NCBI RefSeq assembly: GCF_000143415.4
Contig: NW_003314296.1
Location: 1,215,858-1,279,857 of the forward strand
Direction of reading: 5' to 3'
DNA from: Selaginella moellendorffii
Taxonomy: Eukaryota; Plantae; Lycopodiophyta
Length of the DNA stretch: 64,000 nucleotides
The stretch's first letter is position 1. Each line of letters begins with the position of its first letter. The notes below the pieces were generated by a model. That model ran no database searches. It was not told the DNA's origin and saw only the letters and a program-made list of their open reading frames with translations. The position numbers and the translations under genes were made by a program. Below are positions 24,264 to 36,325 of this stretch, piece after piece.

Positions 24264-24394
24264 CCAACCCTCGAAGAACCCTAAAACCTGACGTGGAAAT
24301 TAAAGAGTGACGTGGCGACTAACTATTGGCGAAAGGTTGGATAAAGTAAAAAATGACAGAATAGTTATCTTTCCCTGTAAATTTTTTCCAGAAA

Positions 24395-26269
24395 CTATTG
24401 CACAAAATTGTCGATCATATGCTGAATCACATCAGCTCCACGAGAGTGTAAGCCGGTAGATTTTACCTGCGAAACTTCTCTCTTTTAGAACAAGACGAAA
24501 TAGAAGAGCAAAAAATTGGATTTTTTTCGCTACCTGAATGGTGCTGTGTGCAAAGAAACGTTGTAGTGTTCCATGGAAACTTACATCCACTCTCTCCCAT
24601 TTGATCTTCGTGAGGCCTCTTATCATCTCCTCTGGAAGAAGAAGAAGATCCAATGCTTTTGATGTTCCTCAAACTTAACGTATATCCATACCTTCAAGAG
24701 GATCAGCCGCAGGAGGAATGACCACCTCTGCGACGGGCGATCTTAAGTTGCGCTCCTCATTGTCTGGAATGATTTCCTCAACCGAGACAATGTGTGGATA
24801 TCTGGGATCGATTGGAGTAGTGGTTACCTGAAACCAAAGAGTTTCATGTTACAGTTTTACGATTGTGAATTGCAATGCATCCCACCTTTGGAAGCTCTGA
24901 TTCCCTTCGAAGAGATGATGTGCGCCAGCCAACCATGTCTAGACGTGAAATCAAGGATCACATAGCTGAAAAAAGAAGAAACTAGAGTCTCGCATTCAAG
25001 ACACACAAAAGGATACGATCGTTTTGAACGTTTGTGTAGGCTACGTGACGCTTGAACAGCTGCAAAGCGGATCTACATGAACAGACACACAAGTATTTAA
25101 GAAAACGACACAAAGGATACAGGTACATACTTACAAAAACATCCCATCCTCGCAATCTGTCACCATTCGACACAGGAGAGGCGGATGATTGGGCTTGCCA
25201 TCCGTCAGAAAAAGGTGCCGACCCGTTCGTCCCACAAACCAATGCGCGATGCACACGGCTGCGCTTTCCAAACATCGGAAACCACAGAGAATAGGAAGCT
25301 GCAAACAAAAAACAAAGAGAGTAAATGCTAAAGGTGACCGCAAAGGAGTAGAAAGTGAAAAGGGCGCAAGCAAACCTGGCCATTTCCTCTCGAGCCAAGA
25401 TGAGGAGTAGCAACAGTGATGAAATTCACAGCTTGCAAACCAGCAATGGTTCCACGAACAGGAAGTTTTTCCTCCTCTCCTTTAGCATTCTCCTCTGGTT
25501 TAGGATCCACGTCTTTCAGCCCCGGGTCTCCTGGTCTGTAGAGCTGCGCTATGGCATATCGAGCGACAAGACCACCCAGCGAGTGAGCAACGAACGATAT
25601 CTTCTGGACTCCACGAGTTTCGTTAATCGTTCGCTGGACCTGGAGTTTTCGAGAGATCTCTATCAAGAACAAGGAAAAGTCGAGCTTCTGATGAAAGTGA
25701 GATCCAAACCTCTTCTGCAAGACGTTTCCCCATCACGTCGACGCCATCAAACGTAGAAATCGCCGCGTTGCATGAACTACCTACAGTTAGAAAAAGGTTA
25801 AAGAAGAGACTTTAAAGGGGAGAAGCTTGCAAAAAAAGAGAACTTACAATAGATGAAGACTCGTTCTCCCAATTTCTCCTTGAATTTCTTGGCAGCAAAC
25901 TTCCAATCGTCCGCACTGCAACCTTACAAGAAAATCCATCACGACTAAGAACCGGATCAACAATAAAAATCCTAGCACAAGATATTTCGCAAGAAAGAAT
26001 TGGCTGGATCATCACCTCCCGACGATCCCATTCACCATCACGAGCAAATGCTCCCAGCTCCTGGGCTCCTCCCGCTCCTTATCCGTGATTACCTCCGCCA
26101 TCTCGCGCGCATTCTCCTTCCTGCTCGCGATCCGCCGCGCCCTGGACGACGATTTCTCCCGCGACGGCGAAGAAATCTGCTGCGATCGAGCGCAAGGCAA
26201 GCATCCGCTGCCGCCGCGTTGCTTGATCGGCGACGTGGGCGCCACAGCTCCAGCATCCCTGTCCGCCAT
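24395..26269 (-). CDS. DUF676 putative serine esterase/lipase (alpha/beta hydrolase), spliced
   Basis: HLLVMVNGIVG, TFDGVDVMGKRLAEE, KISFVAHSLGGL nucleophile elbow, NFITVATPHLGSRG, WERVDVSFH...FAHSTIQV. Confidence 0.92.
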
Positions 26270-26564
26270 CACGACAGCGCGCCAAGCTCCACCCCCATTT
26301 TCCAATCGCAAGAACTAATCTAGGTCGCGCTTCCGTATTGTCACGAGCAATCTTGACACGTAGGCCACCACGTGTACCAATCTCCTTTAGACAAACGTAA
26401 AAAAGCATTGACCTAAAAGGTGACGCGTGAAAAGTAAATATATTAACTCAAACTAATTAAACTATTTTCAGTATTAATCAAATTTAAGTAAATGAAACAG
26501 CTTGAAGTAAGTTTAATACGAATTAAACATAATTAAACTAAATAACCCAGAAGAAGGCTTTCTC

Positions 26565-27833
26565 TTATCGTGCCTCCACGACGAGATGATCCCACGGTAG
26601 CGTTTCGCGAACCAAGACGTCTCTCACTGTAACTGGCGGCTCCTCCGGTGGACGATCGTCACTGTACTCGAGCTTATCACATCCAGCCTCGGTGCAAGCC
26701 GCCGGAGTTTCTTCCTTGCTCAACTCGTGCCTCCGGCTCTCCGGTGGCAATGGCGAGGGCCTTCGTCTCGGCGACGCTGGAGCTGGCGGCTCTGGAGCTC
26801 GGGGCTTGACTGGAACTTCTCCGAATGGTTCCAGCTTCTGCCAGTTTAGAATGTTGTAGTTCTTGGCGCCGGAGGCTCGGCGGCCGAGGTACTGCTTTCG
26901 CAAGTTCGCCCTCCACCTGAGGAGCTCAAGTTCTTTAGAGAAAACTCATGATCTTTGGAGGAAACTTGAGATCAAGGATCGTACTTCTGGCAGTCGTCCT
27001 CGTATCTTAGTTGCTCCCCTCCAAAGCTGTTGTGGTACTCGAGCGTGAAGATATCGTAGGCGGATCCACCTTTGTTGGCACGAACTCTTGCGTGAGGCTG
27101 CTCTTTGAAGAACTCGACGCGATCCTGGTCTTTCTGCCAGTCTTCTTCACACTTGTTGCGTACTTTCTGCCTCTGGTACTCTCGCTCCGCCCCGAGTCTG
27201 TCTACGATTGCCTGCAAACAATGGTTTTGGATCGAATCGAGGTTTCTAAGTTGGAAGTCGAGGATGAGAAAGCTTACGGCTTCTTTGATTCTGTTCAAGC
27301 GCTGCTGCTCTTTCAAGTGGCCAGCGGCGTCGGTGTTGTGACGCTCCTCGTCTGAGGCATACGCGGCGCAGTCGCGTGGAGGCTGCGTCAAGCTGAGATT
27401 GGTGTAAGGCTTGTGGTGTCTCGTGAATCCAAAAACACGGCTCGCAAGCCTTCGTTTTTGCATGGCATCCTGTTCCAGCAAACAAGAAGAACGATTGAGA
27501 ACATAAAAAAGAAAGCCAAGGCAAAAGCAAGAACAACGACATTGAGAAGGAAATTTTTTACGAAGTAGAAACAGCAAGGAAGAAGACGTCCAGATCTCTA
27601 ACAAAACTCTCTAGATGAACAAGCGAAAGAAAAGAAGAGAAAATCGGGTAAACACGACACACAAAGAAGAGTTGAGCTCACACTGAAGAAAGAACTAAAG
27701 ATCTTCAAGGAAAACTTACGTGATCACTGCCATTGTAGCTCTCAAAGTGGCATTTCTGGGGGGCCTTTTGGACGAGATGCGAGTAGGCGAGCTTCCGGGG
27801 TCCCTTGGGAGGGATTGGCCCGAAAGAAGCCAT
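26565..27833 (-). CDS. Unknown protein (spliced)
   Basis: ATG 27833 (MASFGPIPPKGPRKLAYSH). Exons join in frame to YDIFTLEYHNSFGGEQLRYEDDCQK|WRANLRKQYLGRRASGAKNYNILNW, then a Pro-rich tail. Confidence 0.7.
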
Positions 27834-28091
27834 TGGAAAGCCTAGAACAAAGAGAAAATCACGGCATTGCCATCGTGGTTGAGCTAAACTATGATCGATC
27901 ACAGTACGTACCCAGTAGTATAGGTGAAGTGACATCGCAAGCACCGCCATATCTTCTCGCGCCTCCTCGCGCTCTACTTCCCCTAAAATCCCCTAAACTC
28001 TAGGGCAAGGTTCGAATCCCATAAGGCGCCAAGCACAATTGAGGATATTCTCTACTAGTTGAAATCCAACGGTCTGGATTGATGGCCAGCG

Positions 28092-30107
28092 ATGAGTGTG
28101 GAGGACTTGGCATCTCGTCTTAGGAACGAGAGGAATATCTCTGAGGTTAGGAAGGTCCATTCTTTGATCAGAAAAAACGAGAAACACGGTAAAAATATCT
28201 ACCTCGCGAATTTACTCTTACAAATGTATGGTAAATGCGGGAGCTTGGGAGATGCCAAGGAGGTCTTTAGAGAGATTGAGCATCCAAATTCTTACAGTTG
28301 GAATCTTTTTATCGCTGCTTACCTACATGCCAATGATTTAAAAGGAGCTAAATATTCCTTTGATAAGATGCCTGAGAGGGACGTGGTAACATGGACTACC
28401 TTGATCCAGGCATATTCCAAAGCTGGGCATCTGCAGCAGGCAAAGATTCTCTATGAAAAGATGCCGGAATGGAATCTGGTGTGCTCGACGGCCATGGTCC
28501 AAGCGTACGGAAGCGCTGGTCACGTCAACGAGGCAAGAGAAATCTTTGACTGTATGAAAGAGAGGGACACAGTGGCATGGAACGCGATTCTTTTGGCCTA
28601 TTCTCAGAGCGGGGACGTGCCAACGGCCAAGATGATCTTCGATCGCATGCCCCGGTGGGACATTCCGGCATGGAATACCATGATCCAGATGTACGGGCGA
28701 CACTCTTCCGGGGAATTGGCGACGAGATTGTTTGACCAGATGCCGTTGAGGAGCCTTCACACGTGGACGGTCGTGATACGTGCCTGTGTAGAGAGCGGGC
28801 TTACAAAAGAGGCGACGAGATTGTTTGATCGCGTTCCGGAATGGAATGTGGTGCTGGCAACGGTGGCGATGCAAATGTATTCCGGAATGAGCGACCTCGT
28901 TGGCGTAAGGAGAACGTTTATTGGATCGCTTGAGCGCGACATTGTTGCTTGGAACACACTAATCTCAGCTTTAGTTTTTAATGGGCATTGCCAGGAAGCT
29001 CTCGAATTCTTTCCAAAGATGCCAGAATGGAGCATTGTTTCGTGGAATCTAAGATTGAATTGCTACGCTCAGGTCTACGGCGTGGATCAAGCCAAGAGGA
29101 TATTTGACGCAATGCCCGCCCAGGATATTACGTCGTGGAATCTCATGGCAACGGCCTACGCACGCACGATGCAGCTGGATCGAGCGGTCGAGATCTTGAA
29201 GAAAATTCCGGCTCGCAATATGGCGTCATGGAATCTAACGGTGGCGGCGCACGCGGGGAAAGGAGACTTCTATTCCGCGGTGGAATGTTTCTCTTCCATG
29301 CCGGAATGGGATCTGGTGTCGCTCAACACGATGATCGCAATCCATGCGCAGAAGCTGGATCTCCAGAGCGCGAGAGATCTGTTTGATTGCATGCCCAAGC
29401 GGGATCTCGTGACATGGAACACGATGATCCACGCGAATGCGGTGGCAAATCGCATGGAAGACGCCCAATTCCTCTTCGATTTTATGCCGGAGCGCGACGC
29501 CTCGTCGTGGAACATCATGATCGGCGGCTACGCGGCGGTGTTCCAGATCGAGATCTGCCAGGAGCTGTTCAACGCCATGCCGGATCGAAGCCCTCTTTCC
29601 TGGAGCAAGATGATCGCCGCGCTCGCCCAAAATGGAGAGATTCCGTCGCGAGTGGAGAGGATGCTGGAGACGATGGAGACGCCCTGGGCATCCGGGAATT
29701 CCATCGAGATTATGGCTATCCATGGGGTTCTTCCCCATGGCGCCGCGATGCTCAGCGTCTTGAAATCCTGTGCCCACTCAGGATCCCTCCCCGGCGCCTG
29801 GAAGAGATTCCTATCCATGGCTGCGGATCGCGATATCCCGCCGTCAAGGGAGCACTACTGCGCGATGATCCACATTCTAGCATCGGCCGGGCAGCTCGAC
29901 GAGGCCCATCGATTGATCAACTCCATGCCCTATTCCTCCGACTATGAATCACTCGCCGCGATGCTTGGCGCCTGTAAGCTACATCAGGATGTGGGCCGCG
30001 GCATGGAGATCGCGGACCAGATCCTCGATTCCGAGGAGATCTCGATGAAAAGCAGCGGCGCGTGCTTGACGATGGTAAACAATCTGCTTCTCTCCCAAGA
30101 ACCCTAA
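28092..30107 (+). CDS. PLS-class pentatricopeptide repeat protein with E-type C-terminus, no DYW domain
   Basis: 671-aa intronless ORF: MYGKCGSL, many FDxMPExDxVxWN short repeats, REHYCAMIHILASAG and LGACKLHQD. Confidence 0.95.
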   Translation: MSVEDLASRLRNERNISEVRKVHSLIRKNEKHGKNIYLANLLLQMYGKCGSLGDAKEVFREIEHPNSYSWNLFIAAYLHANDLKGAKYSFDKMPERDVVTWTTLIQAYSKAGHLQQAKILYEKMPEWNLVCSTAMVQAYGSAGHVNEAREIFDCMKERDTVAWNAILLAYSQSGDVPTAKMIFDRMPRWDIPAWNTMIQMYGRHSSGELATRLFDQMPLRSLHTWTVVIRACVESGLTKEATRLFDRVPEWNVVLATVAMQMYSGMSDLVGVRRTFIGSLERDIVAWNTLISALVFNGHCQEALEFFPKMPEWSIVSWNLRLNCYAQVYGVDQAKRIFDAMPAQDITSWNLMATAYARTMQLDRAVEILKKIPARNMASWNLTVAAHAGKGDFYSAVECFSSMPEWDLVSLNTMIAIHAQKLDLQSARDLFDCMPKRDLVTWNTMIHANAVANRMEDAQFLFDFMPERDASSWNIMIGGYAAVFQIEICQELFNAMPDRSPLSWSKMIAALAQNGEIPSRVERMLETMETPWASGNSIEIMAIHGVLPHGAAMLSVLKSCAHSGSLPGAWKRFLSMAADRDIPPSREHYCAMIHILASAGQLDEAHRLINSMPYSSDYESLAAMLGACKLHQDVGRGMEIADQILDSEEISMKSSGACLTMVNNLLLSQEP

Positions 30108-30254
30108 AATCGTTTGGCACCAAATTTCAAACTCTCTTGCCACGTGGAAGTTAATGTTCTACCATGCCGCAGAGATCTCAACTCTCTTCATCACCAAAGA
30201 ATCACAGGCGATACAAAAACTGGGAAAGGAATCATTAGTAAGAAAGAGAGCCAT

Positions 30255-30440
30255 AACTTAAAGGAGTTGTTCAACTTTCTAGGCCACCAGATGTAGCCAT
30301 GGCAGCAAGGGGGAACTGTTATATTTCTTTAACCACATCTTAGTGAATAATTATGTTAGGAAGTGGTTTATTGTCTGAGGCTAGAGAAGAAAACATTGTG
30401 ACATATGTCACCTGTAAAGTGTTGACATTCAACCTTTTGC
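30255..30440 (+). mobile_element. Degenerate copy of a Helitron 5'-end family sequence
   Basis: Shares AAGGAGTTG...TCTTTAACCACATCTTAGTGAATAATT...TTGTGAC with 37390-37600, and with the reverse complement of 34590-34774. Confidence 0.55.
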
Positions 30441-31629
30441 AATGGAAACTTTTTGAAATCCAAAGGGTAAATTCTAGGGTTTAATGGAGAGTTGTGGATG
30501 GCCAATGTAAATTAGGTTTTCCCCTGCTTCCAGGAAATCTTGCTAGTTCAACTGTAAGTTCTTTTGCCATTTCTTTAGGCTACTCTTTCTTCGTGCATTT
30601 ACTGAGGAACGAATGCTCGAAGAGTATGTCTTGAATTCTTCTGTTATTGGGGCTTATAACACTGACTAAGCTGCTATACCTCGATAGTACAGGGTTTTGC
30701 CACAGGGAAGACACGTAGGGAATGCCAAACGAACAACAAGATGGCACTATACTTCAGAGTGTTGAGAAGATGAGTTCAGTGCAGTGGATGGATTCACAGA
30801 TGGATTTGTTTAATATTGCAGAGGCCCTGCACAAGAAATGACTTGAAATGATCAACAGCAGAGCTGTAGATGATATTAGTGACTCACTGGATGCCAAGAA
30901 CTGAGAATTTACTCCAACAAGAGTTTGAAAACTTGAAGCATGTACTGCCAGAATAGGGGAAGGTGCAGGTGCTTTTGTTTTTGACAAAGATCGTGGTCTC
31001 TTACTGAGTGGGGAAAGCACCTTCAGTATGGCATAATCACCATATGCAGCAAGTGGTGGTGTTCTTCACACAAAAGAAATACTTTGCAGTTGTTATGGAT
31101 ACAATGGAGATGGGACAAGGACCAGTCAAGGAAAGCTAATATCCTGGATTTGTGGCTTTTAAGGCCTATTAATCAAGTGGTGAATATTTACCTTATATGA
31201 GGATGAACCCAACGTACTGCAAGAACTCCATTCCTATCATACCATGATGTGACATTTTTTCAAGTTTACAGACGATCCATGATAGAAGTGCCCAAAAGCT
31301 GCTTGATGTGTTGACTAGCATTGACACCTCCCAAAAGCTGCCTGATGTATTGACTGGCATTGACACCTGGTCAACACATTTATTTAAATATTGACCAGTC
31401 AACACAGCATGTTTAAATTTGTTGAAGGAATTTGATAGTTTTTGCTGAGGAAATACATGCTAAGTGGAGACACCCAGTTAATTGATTCTAATTTAATAGT
31501 TTAACCTATTTTGGACCATTAAATTAGTTTATAAGCATTTCTTTCGTATTTTTCCTTACTTTCTTAAAATTAAAATTAGATATTATAAAATATTACTTAG
31601 GGTATTCAAAGCTGTTAGCAATGCTATAT

Positions 31630-31857
31630 GAGAAATAAACTCTCTAAGATATCATTAGTTAAAAGATCCCAAAATCACGATGAAATCGATAAAGAGTTTG
31701 AACTGAGCTAGGATTGGATATATTTAGGACTCAATATATCTAGGGTTGGCCTGATATATCTAAAGCCTAATATCTTAAAATCTTAACTCGATCTGAAATT
31801 TTTATAGTTTCATTCAGAATCCTTTAGCTTATGATATCTTTAAGAGTTTATTTTTAC
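31630..31857. mobile_element. AT-rich foldback/MITE-like element
   Basis: AAATAAACTCTCTAAGATATCATTAGTTAAAAGAT pairs with the reverse complement of 31819-31856, and inner segments pair imperfectly as well. Confidence 0.55.
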
Positions 31858-32469
31858 ACGAAATTGTATATATAAACTATATTTATATATATTTTATATA
31901 AGCCACAAAAATTATTATGCTAATTTTAAAATAGTTTATTAAATATAATATAGTTATTTATTTGTTACAATAGTTATGATACATGTATATAGTTTATGAT
32001 ATAGTTTTTAAGAAATAAAATAATAACATCTTTGACACCCTTTGTCACGTGTCTATTATATAAAAAATTATGCTGATAAAAAAGGAAATTATTTTTAATT
32101 AATAATACAATTAGAAATTTAGCACTTAAATAAAATTAAGTAGAAAGACCTTGAACTACTAAAATATATTGGCTCAACATAGTTAGATGTTAAGAATTTA
32201 AAATTTTATAATTGAAAATCTTTGAACTTTAATAAAGATATCTGAACAATTCTTTAAGATATATATTTAACCCATATGAAACCCACATACAAATGAGTTT
32301 TTTTCTAGATAACCATTCTAAAGGGCATATACAGAGACCAAAGAACCCCAAGATTAAGAATCTATACAAGTCATTCTAGAAAAGATTTCTAGAGCTTGTG
32401 ATAACAAGCCGTTGCTACCAAAACTAACAAGCATTATATTGCAAGAGATTAGATTTATCGAACGCATCA

Positions 32470-32960
32470 AAGCAAACATCACTACTGCCTGCTCCATATG
32501 CCCATTCTGGAGACTATGAAAAAAGTCCATGTCAGATCGTTTCTATCGGGGGAGTGATCGAACAAAGCTTGGGCAGTGACTTGTGAGTGGCCATTTATCA
32601 CAGCGTTCCACGACACGGCACTCTTCTCGGGGATGGAATGGAACGCTCGCATTGCGTGGTCGGGGCAAATCCGGAGACGATAGTAGTGAAGGAGAAGATG
32701 CTCCACCATGGCATTCTCTTGAAACTCTCCCTCGAATCGCCCATGAGCTCTTGCTGGGAGGAATCCCATGAAATTCCACAAGACAATGTGTGGAGTCCTT
32801 GCAGAAGAAGAAGGCCGTGCAGGCCTCGAATTGCGCTGCCTCGGAGGATGTTGGAGGAGAAGACATTGGGGTCTGGATTCGCGGCGTAGGCGGCCTCGGC
32901 ATTGCCCAAGCTCCCACATTTGCCATAAATGTAAGCGATCATGTTGGTGAGGTATCGATT
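32470..32960 (-). pseudogene. Frameshifted PPR gene remnant
   Basis: IYGKCGSLGNA..., PNVFSSNI, FKRMPWWSIFS and IPEKSAVSWNAVING fall in different frames. Confidence 0.8.
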
Positions 32961-33327
32961 CGGCCAGTAGCAGGAGCCACGCGTGGATCCTCCAAATCTC
33001 TGGCCTCCGCTGGATGTCGTCCACGTGGACAGTCAGATGGACTCCAAATCTTCCTTTCCTCCAAATCCAATGAGGTGCTGAAACTATATTTTAATATCTG
33101 TTAGTGTTTAGTTATAGCATGCATGCTGTATTGTTCTATGGTCTTAGGATTGGCCTTAGAAAACTATTATTATTTCATTTTTTTAATTTTTAATTTTTCA
33201 AATATTTTATTATTGTCTGGAGAAGAGAGGAGCTTATTGAGAGTTGGGCGTGACATTACACCGTAGGAATCTAAAAGTGTAACTTGCAGTGTACATGTTT
33301 AAAAAATTATAGTGAGCTATATCTATA

Positions 33328-34774
33328 CTAGTATTTGCCCAGCCAATGCTGGGTAGTTGGCAAAGCCTCTCAAACTTACTAACATATCTTTGTGAGAATT
33401 TGCTCACATCTCACAATTTCCTTGTGAAATGATTCCTTTATTTTTAGCACCAGTCTATTGTTATCCATTGGGCCATAGGGAAGATTAAAAAACAAACAAA
33501 GTTCGATACTTCGATATATTAATCCATATGCACAAGCTTTTAGAATGATGTATGTAACTGCTTATAGAGATATAAATCAGTCTTGATTGCATCTTATGCA
33601 TCCACAGATTTTAGGGACAACTCACAACCAAGAAGTTGATAATCGGCCTCTTCCTGCTACATTGCCATCTATCCAAGATGACATGTAACTGATTCGGGTC
33701 AGGCTTGATACTAAACTGCACTCCCAGGAATTCTTTGATGGTCGGGAACAGCAACCCCTGTATGGCAAACAGGAAAGTTTGTGAGATCGACTTCTTTCCT
33801 TTCCAGCTTCACAGATAGATACCTGGTGAGTTGAATCTACAACTCCTCCCACCTTTTATCTCCTGTAGCAAGGACATGGCTGCTTGCGTCCCCAGGTCCT
33901 CTGGAAGCTGGAGCTCGGATGCTCCAGAATGCATAGTCACGCACTCGGAGCTTAAAATGCAGCTGGTGGTCGTTTCTGCCACCAATGAGATCCCATAGCC
34001 CAGAGATTTGTGCCATGACAAAGGAAGCAAGATGAAAAAAGTTTACCTTGCAGCACAAAATCATGGAACTTACTTCCCGGAATCCGAACCAGTAGAGCGA
34101 TCAGTAAAGATGTACACGTCGGGGAGCAAGCGCTTTAGCACACCACATTCGATTGGCCATATGAGGTGAGACGGGTGTGGAGTAACTCACTCCTCGGATA
34201 CGTTTCACCATGCCCTCGTCCACCCATGTAGCAGCCTGGCGAAGGATTCTTAGCGAGGAGAGAAAGAAAAGAAGAGGAGTTTGGAGAAACTGACCGTGAG
34301 GCTCTTGGGGACAATGGGAACTTTGAGGACGGCCTCACTGCCACCCAAGGGAGGAGCTCCGCGGGCAACAACCTTGAGTTCTAGGCCTTTGACTGGAACC
34401 AGCGCAGTAGACATGATCAAGCTCGAATCCCAGCCAGCAGCAACCATTTGGGAGTGGATTTGCTTACCCACCGGAGGAAATCGCGATCCACAGCACGCTC
34501 CAAGGGCCGCGACCCACTTGATCCTGCCCGGAGTGACGCCCTGGAGCAGCAATCTCCGGTCAACACTTTGCATGTGCCACGTGTTGCCGGGCCTTCCTCT
34601 CCCGCCCCACGCGGCTTGGCCACCTCCCATTGGCCGGGAGCAAACATCAGCGCGATTATTCTCGAACACGTGGTTAAAGAAATAACCCCTTTACAGTTAC
34701 CCCCCATCGGACGGCCCCGATTGGCTGGATCCGGCAGCCCACAAAGTTCGGCGTTTGCTCCTTATAGTAGTAGA
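33328..34774 (-). mobile_element. Non-autonomous Helitron (1447 bp) carrying a captured PPR fragment
   Basis: Minus-strand 5' end A|TCTACTACTATAAGG at 34774; 3' hairpin CCCAGC-ATTG-GCTGGG followed by CTAG|T at 33328. Absent from the homologous site near 45460. Internal GVTPGRIKWVAALGAC..GKQIHSQMV PPR fragment. Confidence 0.85.
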
Positions 34775-35212
34775 TGCATATCTATATGCAGCCAGAAGAA
34801 AAAAAGAAAAGTCCCTTGTAAATTATTAACTTAGGTGCATCTCCACTGTAGTCATGCAATCAAATTTTGTGGAAGGGAAGATATATATTTGATTTGCTCC
34901 AGCACACAAACAGCACAAACATGCCATTGAGCTTACCAATTCGATCATATATACCAAATTCTCATCAGTTGTCACTTTAGCATAATCAAACAATCACACA
35001 CAATGTTGTGCCATTTAATTCTCGATGACCCTGCCAGCATATGCAAGCCTTCCTCACCATTCGAACAAGAAAGACGCTAGACAACAAGCTAGAAATAGTT
35101 TTAACGCAGTTTATATTAGTGGTAACTACATCACAGCCGTTGGATTAAAGGATATTTTAGAATATACCATCCAAACCGTTAGATTTTAGTGCGGTTAGGT
35201 TTTCGGGTGGCT

Positions 35213-36264
35213 ATGGATTCCGGGGGCGAGGTGAGAGAGACTCGGGTATTCGTCTTCCTCTGTGCAGCGGAAAGCTGCCATTTGAATCCCTCGGAGCTCT
35301 CCATCCGGTTGCACCGAGACGAAGGCGACGTTTTCCATCCCCTCTCTCTCAACTACACAACGGGCCTGTCGTGCCGGACTTGGGACGAGCTGGTCCAGGA
35401 GCTCAACTGCGTCTATTCTGACACAATTGCTTCGCTCCCCGACGCATCCCTTCCCGACGCCAAGACGCAGCAAAATCATCCAAGGCATCCAGCCGCCCAA
35501 GGACGAAAGGGAGCCGGCTTGGATGTCGAAGCTGTCCGAGATTTGCAGAGGTAGGATCGACGTGGACTTGCTTTTGTGCTCGCCTTTCGCTACCATCTGG
35601 ACGTGAACGATCCAAACATCGTCTCCATCGACAAGGAGCAAGATTGCCAGGACCTGATCACGCAAGAAGAAGAAGAGCTCTACATTGATCGTCACCTCCC
35701 TCGAGCTCAAGCTGACGAGATTGTGTGCGAGATCTCTCAAGTTTTGCCACAGTCGTACCAGTGGCTGGGTCTGGAGGAGATGGACAGCAAAGAGGAGGTT
35801 TTCCGCGTGATCAACTGGGACATGGAGGTGAGGAGCAAAAGCTCGGCCGTTCTTGCGCATGGAAGCGACGCTGTTCTTGGGATCGAAGTCGTCAGTGGGC
35901 TGAGCCGGCAGGGATTGAACAGATGCGAGATGGAATTCTACCTGTGGGCGCGTTTTTGCAGCTGGTGACTGATTTCAAGAGTGCCGCTGTCTTTTACTAT
36001 TGGTTTCCGCGGACAGGATCCATCGGCACCTTGAGGAAGCTCGTGAAGTTGATCGCGTTGAGATTACCCAATTGTCCAGAGTCTGAAATGGCTTGGTCGA
36101 TTCTGGGCTGGAAACGCTTCGTGGATCCTCCTCCAAACCTCTGGCCTCCAGCTCCTGGATGTCGTCCATGTGGATTCCAAATCTTCCTTTGCATTCCAAA
36201 TCTAATGAGAGGTGCTGAAATGATATTTTGTTATTTCCCAGTGTTCATGGCTTCGTGGTTATAG
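35213..36264 (+). pseudogene. Frameshifted gene of unknown function (copy 1)
   Basis: GC-rich coding-like sequence downstream of a telo-box-like start, broken across three overlapping + frames (35189, 35576, 35725 ORFs). Confidence 0.55.
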
Positions 36265-36325
36265 CGTGCACGCTGCAATGTTCTATTGTGTAGGGTTGCT
36301 GGGTTCGATTCCCATCTGCCTCAAC
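36241..36325 (+). mobile_element. tRNA-derived SINE-like head (Pol III A and B boxes); further copies at ~43900-43985(-) and ~45685-45765(-)
   Basis: A-box TGGCTTCGTGG 36248-36258 and B-box GGTTCGATTCC 36302-36312, without a complete cloverleaf. Confidence 0.55.

Noticed and set aside
30720-31130. Possible trypsin-like protease fragment (GAGAFVFDKDRGLLL)
   Set aside because: A single weak motif with multiple stops; too little to call.
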